Positions 44,001-53,519 are shown, numbered from the stretch's first letter. The stretch: DNA of 64,000 bases from a virus (IMGVR_UViG_3300028805_000076:8165-72164), one strand, 5' to 3'. Made by a program: numbers and translations. The notes: generated by a model from the letters alone, not told the origin.

Positions 44001-47000
44001 AAGATAGAAGATTACAATACACCAATTGAAGGCTTGGGAATGACTGTTACAGAACTTGGCAAGTATACTGGTGGACAAGGCGCAGTTCCTTTGTGTTATA
44101 CACAATCTCAAGGTACATATAACAGTTATACTGAAAACAATCAATTTAATATGTATGCTGTGTTGCGTGATGGATGGCAGAATGAACCTTGTGAGATTGA
44201 AGAAGATTATCCATTGGATAGCTACGGTTTATCAATGATATTTGTAATTATTGATGAAAATGGAAAGATTGAATACAGTAATGTTAGATGGAATCACGGA
44301 CCAAGAAATTACAAAAGAAGTGTTGACAACATATTCTCGTACAATGAATTGAGGGATATTGTTGGAAGTAATGTAATTAAGCAAGTTGGGGCAAATGTAG
44401 AAATAGACACATCGTTACAATTGACATATGAGGTAGAGAAAAAGTTGAAACAAGACTTATCTATTTACCAAATATTTGGTAATGTTGGCTTTTTTAATGA
44501 CGGTTTGGCAAAGGTTTTCTATTCTGGTTTATACAATTACATAGATTCATCTGGAGACTTACTAACTGATGAATGGTTTGACTTTTGTTCTCCATTTCAA
44601 AATGGGCTTGCTGTGGTACGAAAAGGACATAAGGCAAATTATATAAAGACAGACGGTACTTATTTATACAACACAGATAATACTGATGATTGGTTTACTA
44701 TGGCAAGTTATTTTGATGAAAATGGTTCTGCTATCGTTGGAAAGAATCATAAATACAATTTTATTCTAAAAGATGGTACATTCATTTGGAAAGGTGAATG
44801 GTTTGATTGGGTTGGTGATTTTATTAATGATATTGCTCTAGTTAAAAAAGATAACAAAGCTAATTTTTTAAGATTTGATGGTACATTAGTTTGGAATTAT
44901 GAAAATACAAATGATTGGTTTAATGATGCTACTAATTTTAGTGCGGATTATCATGTCTCATTGGTTCAAAAAAATGGTAAATTTAATTATTTGAAGACTG
45001 ATGGTACATTTGTTTGGAATTATCTTGACACAAAGAAATGGTTTGATGGTTCTTATCATTTTTTTGATGGTATAGCTCAAGTTAAAGTCAACTATAAACA
45101 TGAAGAAAAATGGAACTACCTCAAACTAGATGGAACTTTTTTATGGAAGAAGCCACTAAAACAGTGGTTTGATAATGCTTATAGGTTTGATGAAGGTGTT
45201 GGTATAATAGAATATAAAGGCAAAAAAAATTGGTTAACAGCCAAAGGTGAAATATTTTGTCAAGATATGTGGTTTGATGGGGTTGGAACATTTCACGAAG
45301 GGATTACTAAAGTAGAAATAAACGGTAAATTTAACTTTTTAAATAGTAATGCTAAGTTATTGTGGGGGTCTTACGATGACACAACAGATTGGTTTGATTA
45401 CGTTGATAGGATTGAGCAAGGGTATGCTAAAGTAAGAAAACAAGGACGTTGGAACATATTACGACCAGATGGTAAATTATTGTGGGATTATTCAAATCCT
45501 CAAGATTGGTTTAATAATATTGGACCACTTGATAAAGAAGAAATAATATCTGTTTCAAAAGATGGTAAAAGTAATTATTTAAATCTTCAAGGTAAACTTC
45601 TAAACCAAAATTGGTTTGATAGTTGTTTTGTATTTGAGAATGGAGTTGGTAAAGTTCAAAAAGACCAACACATGAATCTAATCAGAAAAGATGGCACATT
45701 TGTATGGAACAGACCATTGAAAGATTGGTTTATTTTCATTGGCGAAGTAGACGATTTTGGTTGTGCAGAGGTATACACACATTATCAAGGTGCAACTGTT
45801 GGTAACGTATTGAAAATAGAAGATGGTACGTTACTGTGGAAGAAAAGTCCAAAATTCTGGTTTCGTTACATTGACGTTAATGAGATATTACCAAATGGTG
45901 TAAAAGGTTATAGAGTCTCAAAGGCAATAAAGACTATGATGAAATATAACTTCTTAAAGTTAGATGGTACTCTTCTTTTCAAAACATTTTTATCTGTTCA
46001 CAGCTATAAGTTGGCAATGAATGCTTTAAGTAATAATGATAATCAAATAATACAAGAATCTTTACGAGAATATGTTAAAGATAAGTCGTTGTTGGCTGAA
46101 GCCGATTCACGAATTAAGGGAACTAGAAACACAATTAAAAGGGGTATTGCTGCAATAACCAAACTTGACATTAATGACCCTATTGTAGAAAACTTGACAA
46201 ATGATGTTTGGAATACTTATGTTGTTCATCCTATCGCAAATGAAAATCGTCAGCTTGACGAATATATTGCCATTAGGAATAATGCTGACAGACTTCTTAT
46301 GTACGCTGTAAAACAGAACCAAGATGGTACATATTACATAACAAAAAATCCACGTTTGAAAAATGGCTTTGAGAATCTTATTCAAGCACAAAGGAAAGAT
46401 AATACAAAACAAATACTTGATAATAATGCAAATTTGTTCCAATGGTATAACACACAGAAATACAATCAAGCATTGGAAAACTTACAAGCCAATAGTAAAA
46501 AAATACAAGAAGGCAAATATAGTTACAAAGCATATCCAATCACTGATTTTTATGATAACATTAAAGGCTTGGGAATGACTGTTGAAGACCTTGGGGAGTG
46601 GACTGGTAGTGAAGAAGCTGTCGAATTGTGCTATACTCAATCTGAAGATACGTATAACCAATATACACACGGCAACAAATACAATATGTATGCTTTATTG
46701 CGCCAAGGTTGGCAAGACGAGCCTTGTGAGAAAGGAGAAGGTTATCCTTATGACAGCTACGGTCTTTCTATGATATTCGTAATTATCGATTATAATGGTG
46801 ATATAGCTACAAGTAATGTTAGATGGAATCACGGTGACAATTCTTATTCTAATGTAGATAATATGTTCACCTATTCTAAATTAGTACAAATTGTTGGTTC
46901 TAACATACTTAATAAAATACATTGTACATATAATGATGACATAACTCGTAATATGTCACTTATAGTAAGACTTGAAAAAGCTTTAAGCAATATTGATGCA

Positions 47001-48194
47001 ACTGATGTTGATTCATTTTGCGATGCTTTCGATAACATTTCACGCCAATATGAAGATTTGGAAAATGTTGAGCTATTTACTCTTGGAAGTGATAGGCTAA
47101 TAACCGTAGAATATGAAGAAACATATGCAAATATATATGATATAAAAGAGAAGCATTTTATTTCCGATGAATGGTTTTCTAGTATTTCGAATTATTCATG
47201 CGGCTATAGTACAGTACAATTCTTAAATGATGGAACATGGAATTTTATTGATGAAGAAGGCAATTTTTTAAATGACAAGCGTTATGACCACTGTTATGAT
47301 TTTGACAACGGATACGCTGTTGTTAAAAATAATCAAGAAATGTATGAAGTAATAAATATAAAAGGTGAATCATTATTTACCACAGATAGACGAGTCAGGT
47401 TTATTGGAGAAGAACGTGTAGCTTATGAAGACATTAATTATTCTTTATTATTGGATATGCGCGGTAAAAAAGTAGTTGACACATATTTTGATTATATTGG
47501 TTATTTTTACTGCGAAGGATATATTACAGTAAGTGTTGATAATAGAGTTAATTTTATAGACGCAAATGGAAAATATTTATCAGACGTTTGGTATCTTGAT
47601 GTTGAAAGACCATTTTCAAACGGCTGTGCTATAGTTAAATATGATAATGGTATGATAAATATGATTAATAAAAAATGTCAAAAGCTACTTAAAGAAGATG
47701 CTATAAGATGGAAAACAATGTATGATTATGTATATGAGAATGTATTGTACTATATATTTGATTTAGGCAGTCGTATTAAAGAATTTGTAAAAACAAACGG
47801 TCAAATTATATGTGATGCTCTAACTTTTAGTGATTCAAATAAACTTAGGAGGTTAAAAATACAATTTTTAGATTATAGTTGGAACTATTTAAAAGATGAT
47901 GGTACAATGTTATTACCATATAATTGTTATGAAATTTCAAATTTCTATGAGCATGATTATATTCAAGATATAAAGTTTGCAATTATCAAAAAAGAACCAA
48001 GTAAAGAATGTATTATTGATGTAAACGGAAATGAAATGACAGAAGAATATATATCAATGTATCCTTTAACAAGAACTGAAAACTATGTTGCTTTAGGTGT
48101 AAAAGGTCCAGATGATGGTTACAAAATTGATTATCAGTTTAACGCAATACCAATAAGTAAGGATGAATTTGTTAAGATGATAATGGATAATTAA
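41058..48194 (+). CDS. giant protein (2378 aa) of three tandem ~820-aa modules: unknown N-terminal Cys/His domain + KWG-like beta-propeller repeats
   Basis: module N-termini LTEDQKRTIRNKI...NQNIERL..YV.KQ at ~aa 1, ~820 and ~1660; conserved block YHYSVYK..GLGMTV.ELG.YTG...CYTQS..YN.YT..N.YNMYA.LR.GWQ.EPC...YP.DSYGLS..FVI.D.NG....NVRWNHG; then dozens of (K)YNFI..DGT..W..P...WFD....F..G.A.V repeats. Confidence 0.6.
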   Translation: MEITNSIVKNCLTEYVQDRFQLLTEDQKRTIRNKITRGVSSRVPHRVDDTKMIEKLVDDIWNTYVLHPLHDGVHHRQNDEITIINQNIERLIPYVIKQKSDNESENVTYYITTNPRIRNSWENLIQSQRQNRNVTLWGNDGGDLTYWDVNKRYNDAVNSAKNTKIEGKYHYSVYKVENYDTPIEGLGMTVSELGQYTGGKGSLKCVPLCYTQSLNTYNNYTKGNEYNMYALLRDGWQNEPCKMTEGYPLDSYGLSILFVIVDPNGNIAYNNVRWNHGPKGYPRSVDNIFTYKELAEIVGSDVMEQINTTADVDQSLRFTYEVETKLKEGQDINDIFMSKGTERCGYIPVCYMHKWNFLDSSKSLLCDEWFDGVGSFHPNGFSYVYKSNLYNFIDFNGELVWDRPLEEWFNHIDSWSFDVYGLCRVMKDYHYNWLKTDGTLLFNNQQQEWLDRASDFHNQIAYIKLHGKYNYIRTDGSLVWDYDDTQYWFDDVADKGFNNSNVAMVTIDRLVNLLKTDGTLVWNKPPELWFNHIVANDSNKDIYQVERSNKYNFLRMDGTLVWQKPFNEWFTSIGAFYNGLAKVTTSFGETYNFIKMDGTLLFDETDDTKHFDKIGNFASGPAFVCINNKYNFIREDGTYIWDKPIGQWFDSVSEYFREGFACVRKKGVANFISTEGKLLWKKPLKDWFSGVDPFYQGIAQVRKNGKNNYIRTNGKLVLNKPFDEWFFWMGKVINSPNIFIVRDAMRYNYIKDGELLYNQPHTKWFTDISRMLDKINDNISGFLVQKGYRHNFLKLDGTLLNSSFVSKSELESIIRRIKHQSSNIQESLREYVTKNLQLLTEDQKKTIRNKIARGIVSMTNLDVNSTEVQSLVDNVWNIYVVHPIEGEKRQNDEITVINQNIERLVPYVLKQNDSENYFISSNPRIRKSWENLIQTQRQNRQTNIWQDNDNLLYWNTNKKYNDAINAATSEEIKGKYHYSVYKIEDYNTPIEGLGMTVTELGKYTGGQGAVPLCYTQSQGTYNSYTENNQFNMYAVLRDGWQNEPCEIEEDYPLDSYGLSMIFVIIDENGKIEYSNVRWNHGPRNYKRSVDNIFSYNELRDIVGSNVIKQVGANVEIDTSLQLTYEVEKKLKQDLSIYQIFGNVGFFNDGLAKVFYSGLYNYIDSSGDLLTDEWFDFCSPFQNGLAVVRKGHKANYIKTDGTYLYNTDNTDDWFTMASYFDENGSAIVGKNHKYNFILKDGTFIWKGEWFDWVGDFINDIALVKKDNKANFLRFDGTLVWNYENTNDWFNDATNFSADYHVSLVQKNGKFNYLKTDGTFVWNYLDTKKWFDGSYHFFDGIAQVKVNYKHEEKWNYLKLDGTFLWKKPLKQWFDNAYRFDEGVGIIEYKGKKNWLTAKGEIFCQDMWFDGVGTFHEGITKVEINGKFNFLNSNAKLLWGSYDDTTDWFDYVDRIEQGYAKVRKQGRWNILRPDGKLLWDYSNPQDWFNNIGPLDKEEIISVSKDGKSNYLNLQGKLLNQNWFDSCFVFENGVGKVQKDQHMNLIRKDGTFVWNRPLKDWFIFIGEVDDFGCAEVYTHYQGATVGNVLKIEDGTLLWKKSPKFWFRYIDVNEILPNGVKGYRVSKAIKTMMKYNFLKLDGTLLFKTFLSVHSYKLAMNALSNNDNQIIQESLREYVKDKSLLAEADSRIKGTRNTIKRGIAAITKLDINDPIVENLTNDVWNTYVVHPIANENRQLDEYIAIRNNADRLLMYAVKQNQDGTYYITKNPRLKNGFENLIQAQRKDNTKQILDNNANLFQWYNTQKYNQALENLQANSKKIQEGKYSYKAYPITDFYDNIKGLGMTVEDLGEWTGSEEAVELCYTQSEDTYNQYTHGNKYNMYALLRQGWQDEPCEKGEGYPYDSYGLSMIFVIIDYNGDIATSNVRWNHGDNSYSNVDNMFTYSKLVQIVGSNILNKIHCTYNDDITRNMSLIVRLEKALSNIDATDVDSFCDAFDNISRQYEDLENVELFTLGSDRLITVEYEETYANIYDIKEKHFISDEWFSSISNYSCGYSTVQFLNDGTWNFIDEEGNFLNDKRYDHCYDFDNGYAVVKNNQEMYEVINIKGESLFTTDRRVRFIGEERVAYEDINYSLLLDMRGKKVVDTYFDYIGYFYCEGYITVSVDNRVNFIDANGKYLSDVWYLDVERPFSNGCAIVKYDNGMINMINKKCQKLLKEDAIRWKTMYDYVYENVLYYIFDLGSRIKEFVKTNGQIICDALTFSDSNKLRRLKIQFLDYSWNYLKDDGTMLLPYNCYEISNFYEHDYIQDIKFAIIKKEPSKECIIDVNGNEMTEEYISMYPLTRTENYVALGVKGPDDGYKIDYQFNAIPISKDEFVKMIMDN

Positions 48195-48249
48195 AAAGTG
48201 AACTATATACTTGTTGACACCGAAAAATTATTTATGCAAAATTTAAAAA

Positions 48250-48297
48250 ATTGGCACCAGTTAGGTAAAAAAATCTGACTGATGCCATTTTTTTGTA
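48250..48297 (+). terminator. intrinsic terminator, paralog of 3858-3905
   Basis: ggcaccagt...actgatgcc + T7. Confidence 0.5.
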
Positions 48298-48329
48298 TAT
48301 TCTAAAATATTTATAGATAAATAATGGAG

Positions 48330-48371
48330 ATAGAGTAAAATCTGATTTTGCTCAGACTATTTTTTTTTTAA
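48330..48371 (+). terminator. hairpin + T10
   Basis: gagtaaaa-tctga-ttttgctc then tttttttttt; a related element at 59670-59711. Confidence 0.45.
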
Positions 48372-48392
48372 TTGAATTAAAATCATTATATT

Positions 48393-49124
48393 ATGTTATA
48401 TCTAAAATTATTTCAAACGGAACAAGAAAGACAAGCGTGTACAGAGACACAAGAATATGTGTCTTATACAAAAGAAAGTGATAAGGTGAATATACACCCA
48501 AAAGCATTATTCTGTAAATTAACACTTAACAATGGTGAAGTGGTTGAAATTGAAGGTAGTGGAGAATTAACATATGCTATGACAATACCATATACAGCAA
48601 CAACAGTCAGTGTTGAAATTGGTGACATATGTACAAGTATTAGTTATAGTGTTTTCTATGGTTGTAGTGGATTAACAAGTGTAACAATAGGAAATAGTGT
48701 TACAAGTATTGGTTATGCTGCTTTCCGTAATTGTAGTGGTTTAACAAGTTTAGATTTAGGCAATGGTGTTACAAGTATTGGTAGGGAGGCTTTCTATGGT
48801 TGTAAATCATTAACAAGTATAACGATACCAGATAGTGTTACAAGTATTGGTGAGGGTGCTTTCGAAGATTGTAATCCATTAACAAGTGTAACAATAGGAA
48901 ATAGTGTTACAAGTATTGGTGCTACTGCTTTCTATAATTGTAATAATTTAACTAGTATTACCTCATTAGCAACAACAGCACCATCAATTTCAAATAATAC
49001 ATTCCGATATGTAAAAACAAGTGGTACATTATATGTTCCACAAGGTAGTAGTGGATATGATACTTGGATGCAGAATGCAGACTATTATTTAGGAAAATAT
49101 AATTGGACTAAGGTAGAGCAATAA
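48393..49124 (+). CDS. BspA-type leucine-rich-repeat protein (copy 1)
   Basis: repeated NSVTSIG.xAF.xC..LTS.TI units. Confidence 0.55.
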   Translation: MLYLKLFQTEQERQACTETQEYVSYTKESDKVNIHPKALFCKLTLNNGEVVEIEGSGELTYAMTIPYTATTVSVEIGDICTSISYSVFYGCSGLTSVTIGNSVTSIGYAAFRNCSGLTSLDLGNGVTSIGREAFYGCKSLTSITIPDSVTSIGEGAFEDCNPLTSVTIGNSVTSIGATAFYNCNNLTSITSLATTAPSISNNTFRYVKTSGTLYVPQGSSGYDTWMQNADYYLGKYNWTKVEQ

Positions 49125-49227
49125 TATTTTTTTTATTCAGCAAATGATATAGACCCAGAAGACAATGATACTCCACTTTAATTAATGATATGCAATTTTG
49201 CACTAGTTAAGTAAATTAAAAGCAATA

Positions 49228-49273
49228 AAAGCCAAATACAAGCAATATACTGCAAGTATTTGGCTTTATTTGT
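49228..49273 (+). terminator. intrinsic terminator (gccaaatac...gtatttggc + TTTATTTG)
   Basis: 9-bp stem; identical element at 60555-60600. Confidence 0.55.
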
Positions 49274-49375
49274 ATAATTATTCAAATTTTCAATTCAATG
49301 TCTACAAATATATAATTCAAAGAAAATTTGGCATCAGTTGGTAATTAATTTACCAAACTGGTGCCAAATTGTATA

Positions 49376-49645
49376 TCATTGCCTATTTTTTAATTGCATT
49401 CTGTTCATTACATAAACAGCCTCTTCTTCACAGTCGAATTCCAAGCTTTGCTCGAACCATAATGAGGTATATCCAAAAAAGTAGTTGCAAGCGATAACAT
49501 ATCGAGTTTTGCCATTTCTTTGCTTTTTGATTATTTTATACCTTTTAGCAAAACTTGCATATTCACCGTTTGTCTGTATAGCGTGATAGTGCAAATATAA
49601 TGCAATAAAAGGTGATAAAAGAAGCATCCCTAAAATAAATCCCAT
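49376..49645 (-). CDS. small membrane protein
   Basis: N-terminal hydrophobic helix. Confidence 0.4.
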   Translation of the reverse strand: MGFILGMLLLSPFIALYLHYHAIQTNGEYASFAKRYKIIKKQRNGKTRYVIACNYFFGYTSLWFEQSLEFDCEEEAVYVMNRMQLKNRQ

Positions 49646-49709
49646 AGTAGTAATTTTTTTTTACGATGCAAATATAGCAATATTAATTGATATTAGCAAT
49701 TTTTTTTAG

Positions 49710-51230
49710 TTAAAAATCGTTAATAGTGCTTTCCATCATTTCTATATCCACCTCACCTTTATCTATACGCTTGCTTTCCAACAAGAAGAAAGCCTCTGTT
49801 TTAAGCTTGAACGCTTCTTTTATTTCATCGCCAACGATTCTCAATACAAAGCCTTCACGAGGTACTTTATTATGACAGAGAGGTTCATTCTTTTCCATAA
49901 AGAATCTTTTTTCCTTACCAAGAAGTTCAAGTACATTTTCATTCCAATGATTTTTGGTATCAACTTCTGGATAAAAATCAGCCAACTTGCCACGGAAAAG
50001 CACGTCAAGTACGAAAAGCCTGTCAGCAATTTCTGGGCGTTCATTCATTAGATTCTTTGTCCAATTTATCACTTCATCAACTTCCCATTCTTTTTTAGAG
50101 CCATCTTCGTTAGTTGTTGTTATTCTATATGGCATAAATTTGTTATGACCAACTTCACATCCATAATCGTAATTTCCAGTAGCAAACATTTTTTGCAAGC
50201 CAGTTTCATAACCAAAAATTTCGCCATAAACGGTCATACCTTCTTGTATAGCCCCTTTCAATATCTCGTTATATTCAGCCCATACGTCTGTTTTATAATA
50301 ACATTCTGTGCTATTTTCGTTGATATATTGGTTTCTAATTTGGTGTCTAGATGAATATATGGTATCATATACATATTCTATCTTTTGGAATTTGATAGGC
50401 AATGAATGGCAAACCTTATTCACTATGTTGGTTAGCCAACCAAATGGTGTACTATATTGCTTTGGTCTTTTTGTTAGAACATTTGCAAATATGGCAGAAG
50501 TGCCATGTATTTTAGTAGTAATAATTACTTCAGTATCTGGTTTAATCAAATTAAAATTCTTCTTAAGTGGCTGTGTGTCATAATGAAAGAAGAATTGACC
50601 TGGAATCATTCGGTCATATCGTTTGATTTTATTTTGGCTCCACGTATATTCTCGTACAATTCTTTTTTTCGGTGGTATATATGGAACATATGCTTTGATA
50701 AACAATTCACCATTGACAGTATCAAAGTCGTAACCGATATAATCCTTCAAATTGATATTAACTATTTCTGGGCAAAACTTTTCCATTGTTTCTATACTAA
50801 ACAAGAAACCGCTAGAAGCAACACCTCTAAGTCTAATCATTTTTACTCTTCGGTGTTTGGTAAAAAAACCAGTGTTTTCTTTAATCAACGATTCCAATCT
50901 TGAAACTTCTTCCAAATCTTGATTTGTTTTTGCCAATTGAAGCTGTGTAAGGAGTTTACCTACTTGAACAGCATTTGCGTTCTTGTCGAATTCGCTTTGT
51001 TCAAACAGATTATTTACTGACAAGAACCGTTCATTCAATTGTGTTTCATTTTCAGCATAGAACATCAAATCACCTTGCTTTACCAAATCTCGTCTGACTA
51101 CAATTGTTTGCCCGTTTACTTTTGTTGATGCAAGAAAATCAGAATTTGGTATAGGTTCAATCTCGCCAACCTCAATGATTGACGCACAGTATTCGTGGTT
51201 TATATGTTCTGATTGTTCTAGTATTTTCAT
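49710..51230 (-). CDS. RNA ligase, Rnl2-like nucleotidyltransferase with a ~200-aa N-terminal extension
   Basis: motif I TKIHGTS (T4 Rnl2 is KIHGTN), motif IV EGFVLR, motif V FKLK. Confidence 0.55.
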   Translation of the reverse strand: MKILEQSEHINHEYCASIIEVGEIEPIPNSDFLASTKVNGQTIVVRRDLVKQGDLMFYAENETQLNERFLSVNNLFEQSEFDKNANAVQVGKLLTQLQLAKTNQDLEEVSRLESLIKENTGFFTKHRRVKMIRLRGVASSGFLFSIETMEKFCPEIVNINLKDYIGYDFDTVNGELFIKAYVPYIPPKKRIVREYTWSQNKIKRYDRMIPGQFFFHYDTQPLKKNFNLIKPDTEVIITTKIHGTSAIFANVLTKRPKQYSTPFGWLTNIVNKVCHSLPIKFQKIEYVYDTIYSSRHQIRNQYINENSTECYYKTDVWAEYNEILKGAIQEGMTVYGEIFGYETGLQKMFATGNYDYGCEVGHNKFMPYRITTTNEDGSKKEWEVDEVINWTKNLMNERPEIADRLFVLDVLFRGKLADFYPEVDTKNHWNENVLELLGKEKRFFMEKNEPLCHNKVPREGFVLRIVGDEIKEAFKLKTEAFFLLESKRIDKGEVDIEMMESTINDF

Positions 51231-51236
51231 AGTAAG

Positions 51237-51905
51237 CTATTCTAATTTTTGGCATTCTTCTTCAGAGTACAAAGAATGCAGTTTATTAATCCACCAAGCG
51301 GTTTTGACTTTAACTGATGGTCGTTGTTGACCTTTCATTAATGTTGAACGTTTGAAAACAACACCTTCCTTGATATTAAGTGGGTTGCCAATATCGGTTA
51401 TTTTTTGTATTTGTGAAATTATGTCATAATCTAAAGACCCAACATATACAAGTTGAGCCACTTCAATTCCACAATCAGAAAACAATTTCCAAAAAATATT
51501 TGGTTCTATATATCCTTTCTTTTTCAAGAAAACATCAATTAGAGCCAAATGCATATCATCACCTTCGACATGTTTACCAGCAAAAGATTGCTCACCATAC
51601 CATTCAAAAAAGAATGTTATTTCGTCAATGCCGTTAAACACACCTTTTTTCTTTGAATTTTCAGCAATAATATTTTCAAGTATTTCTCCGTATTTAGATG
51701 CTTTGAAAAATTTTACTGCGTCTCCAAGCTGTTCGCTGTTTTCATCTACTGTAACTGTTCTTGAGCCATAATTAGCCCATTGCTTCTTTTTACAATTATA
51801 TGCCGCACAAAAATTTTGCCCGTCCAACTTATTAAAACCCCAAACAGTTTCACCTTTCAGTGTACCATCGTCTTGTATTCTAGGAATACTGTTATAATGT
51901 TTCAT
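51237..51905 (-). CDS. second covalent nucleotidyltransferase (RNA/DNA ligase-like adenylyltransferase domain)
   Basis: motif I NKLDGQN (KxDG), EGVVFK, VKVK. Confidence 0.45.
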   Translation of the reverse strand: MKHYNSIPRIQDDGTLKGETVWGFNKLDGQNFCAAYNCKKKQWANYGSRTVTVDENSEQLGDAVKFFKASKYGEILENIIAENSKKKGVFNGIDEITFFFEWYGEQSFAGKHVEGDDMHLALIDVFLKKKGYIEPNIFWKLFSDCGIEVAQLVYVGSLDYDIISQIQKITDIGNPLNIKEGVVFKRSTLMKGQQRPSVKVKTAWWINKLHSLYSEEECQKLE

Positions 51906-51916
51906 ATGAATTAACC

Positions 51917-52186
51917 TTAAGTAGCGTGTTTAAAGAATTTACGGATTACTATCCAATACGTGCACACTAAAGTGAATACAGAAATCCCATGCTCAACATA
52001 AATGAATTTAATGTCTTCGTTAGAAAAATCCTTGCAAATCAAATTACGGATTATTACTAAAGCAAAGCACACAATATACATTACAAATAAAAATATTTGT
52101 TGCCAAGGTTTAATACTCATATTTATTATTATTTTGTTCTTATTATTCGTCACTGCCAATATATTTGCATAAACAAATAAAGGCAA
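51917..52186 (-). CDS. small membrane protein
   Basis: two hydrophobic segments. Confidence 0.4.
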   Translation of the reverse strand: MPLFVYANILAVTNNKNKIIINMSIKPWQQIFLFVMYIVCFALVIIRNLICKDFSNEDIKFIYVEHGISVFTLVCTYWIVIRKFFKHAT

Positions 52187-52376
52187 TTATTAAAATTACA
52201 GTCCACATACTATTTCTATTTTAAGGCCACGTCCATGATTTAACATATCAATGAACTCTTGAATGGAAATTTCCTTTATTTCTGTATATGATTCACTATG
52301 ATTTCGTTTGCAAGACAAACAGCATCTGTCACATTCTATTATTGTACCGAAAGGCATACAATCATAATAAGTAATT

Positions 52377-52640
52377 TTAACTGTCTTTTGTATTGAAAAT
52401 TACAGCTCTATCAATCAATAGTGTGGAATCGTCAGTAGAAAAGACTTGTTTACCATTAAAGAAATGTTCACATCCAAGTTCGCTGATGGATATTATTTTC
52501 CTTTGGGCAGAAATTCCATAATCAGAATTAGATAGATTATTTTCTAGCATTTTCGCAGCATTATCAAACGAATTGGATACAACATAAAATGTACCCAATC
52601 CATTTGTTGTTATTCTATACAATTTAATATCACTCATCAT
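52377..52640 (-). CDS. hypothetical protein
   Basis: 87-aa ORF. Confidence 0.4.
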   Translation of the reverse strand: MMSDIKLYRITTNGLGTFYVVSNSFDNAAKMLENNLSNSDYGISAQRKIISISELGCEHFFNGKQVFSTDDSTLLIDRAVIFNTKDS

Positions 52641-53146
52641 TTAAAATTCTTCCAGTTTTCAAAACTCATCATAATAAAATAATATTTATCGAATGGCTTT
52701 ATTTGAAACCATACGCGATTATTACTATTATTGCCTTGGATAAAATATGCCCCATATATCTTATTATTAACATCTATAACAGAATCTTCATTAATTTTAT
52801 CACATCCGCAACATTGATAATTTGGATGAAAAGTAAAATAATCAACAAGAAAATTGAAATTTTCCTTAATGGTTTCAGCGTTATAACTATCGTGGTCAGT
52901 CACCCACAACTTGTAAACCTTTCCGCTTATAGTGTCAATATATACGTTTACATTATGATATAAGTAATTACCAAAAAAGTATTCACGATTATTAATATGT
53001 TTTGGAACAAAACCTTTTTGGCATAGCTGTTCCTTGACAGTTTCATAAGAGCCATCAATTTGGATACCATTGAATGTGGTTATATTTTGGCTAAATGAAA
53101 CTATAGTACAGAATAAAAATGTTAATAATAAGAATATGTGTTTCAT
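52637..53146 (-). CDS. secreted hypothetical protein
   Basis: signal peptide MKHIFLLLTFLFCTIVSFSQ. Confidence 0.45.
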   Translation of the reverse strand: MKHIFLLLTFLFCTIVSFSQNITTFNGIQIDGSYETVKEQLCQKGFVPKHINNREYFFGNYLYHNVNVYIDTISGKVYKLWVTDHDSYNAETIKENFNFLVDYFTFHPNYQCCGCDKINEDSVIDVNNKIYGAYFIQGNNSNNRVWFQIKPFDKYYFIMMSFENWKNFK

Positions 53147-53159
53147 TTAAATTACCGAT

Positions 53160-53513
53160 TTATGCATTAACTGGATAATCTTCTCTCCAATACTTTGTAG
53201 ATTCAGATGTTTCTTCAACTTCTTTGTCTGAATTCATATATTCAACAAATTTACCTTCATCGAAACCAAAACTAAAATTACTGAAAAATTTACCAAAATA
53301 CAAAAGAGCTTTTTTAATTGTCGCAGTTTTGCCTTGCTTGACACCTTTGTTAAGGACATCCGTCAATGTATCTCCAGTTGGATTATCTACGCATTCTTGT
53401 GCGGCAGAAATATATGCATCAATGGCGGCATCATATGCCGCTTGATTATATTTGTATTTAGTGGCAAAAGCTTTTGCCTTTTCGGTAATAACGTCTCGCA
53501 TATTTTTTTTCAA
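53160..53513 (-). CDS. hypothetical protein
   Basis: 117-aa ORF. Confidence 0.45.
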   Translation of the reverse strand: MKKNMRDVITEKAKAFATKYKYNQAAYDAAIDAYISAAQECVDNPTGDTLTDVLNKGVKQGKTATIKKALLYFGKFFSNFSFGFDEGKFVEYMNSDKEVEETSESTKYWREDYPVNA

Positions 53514-53519
53514 ATATTG

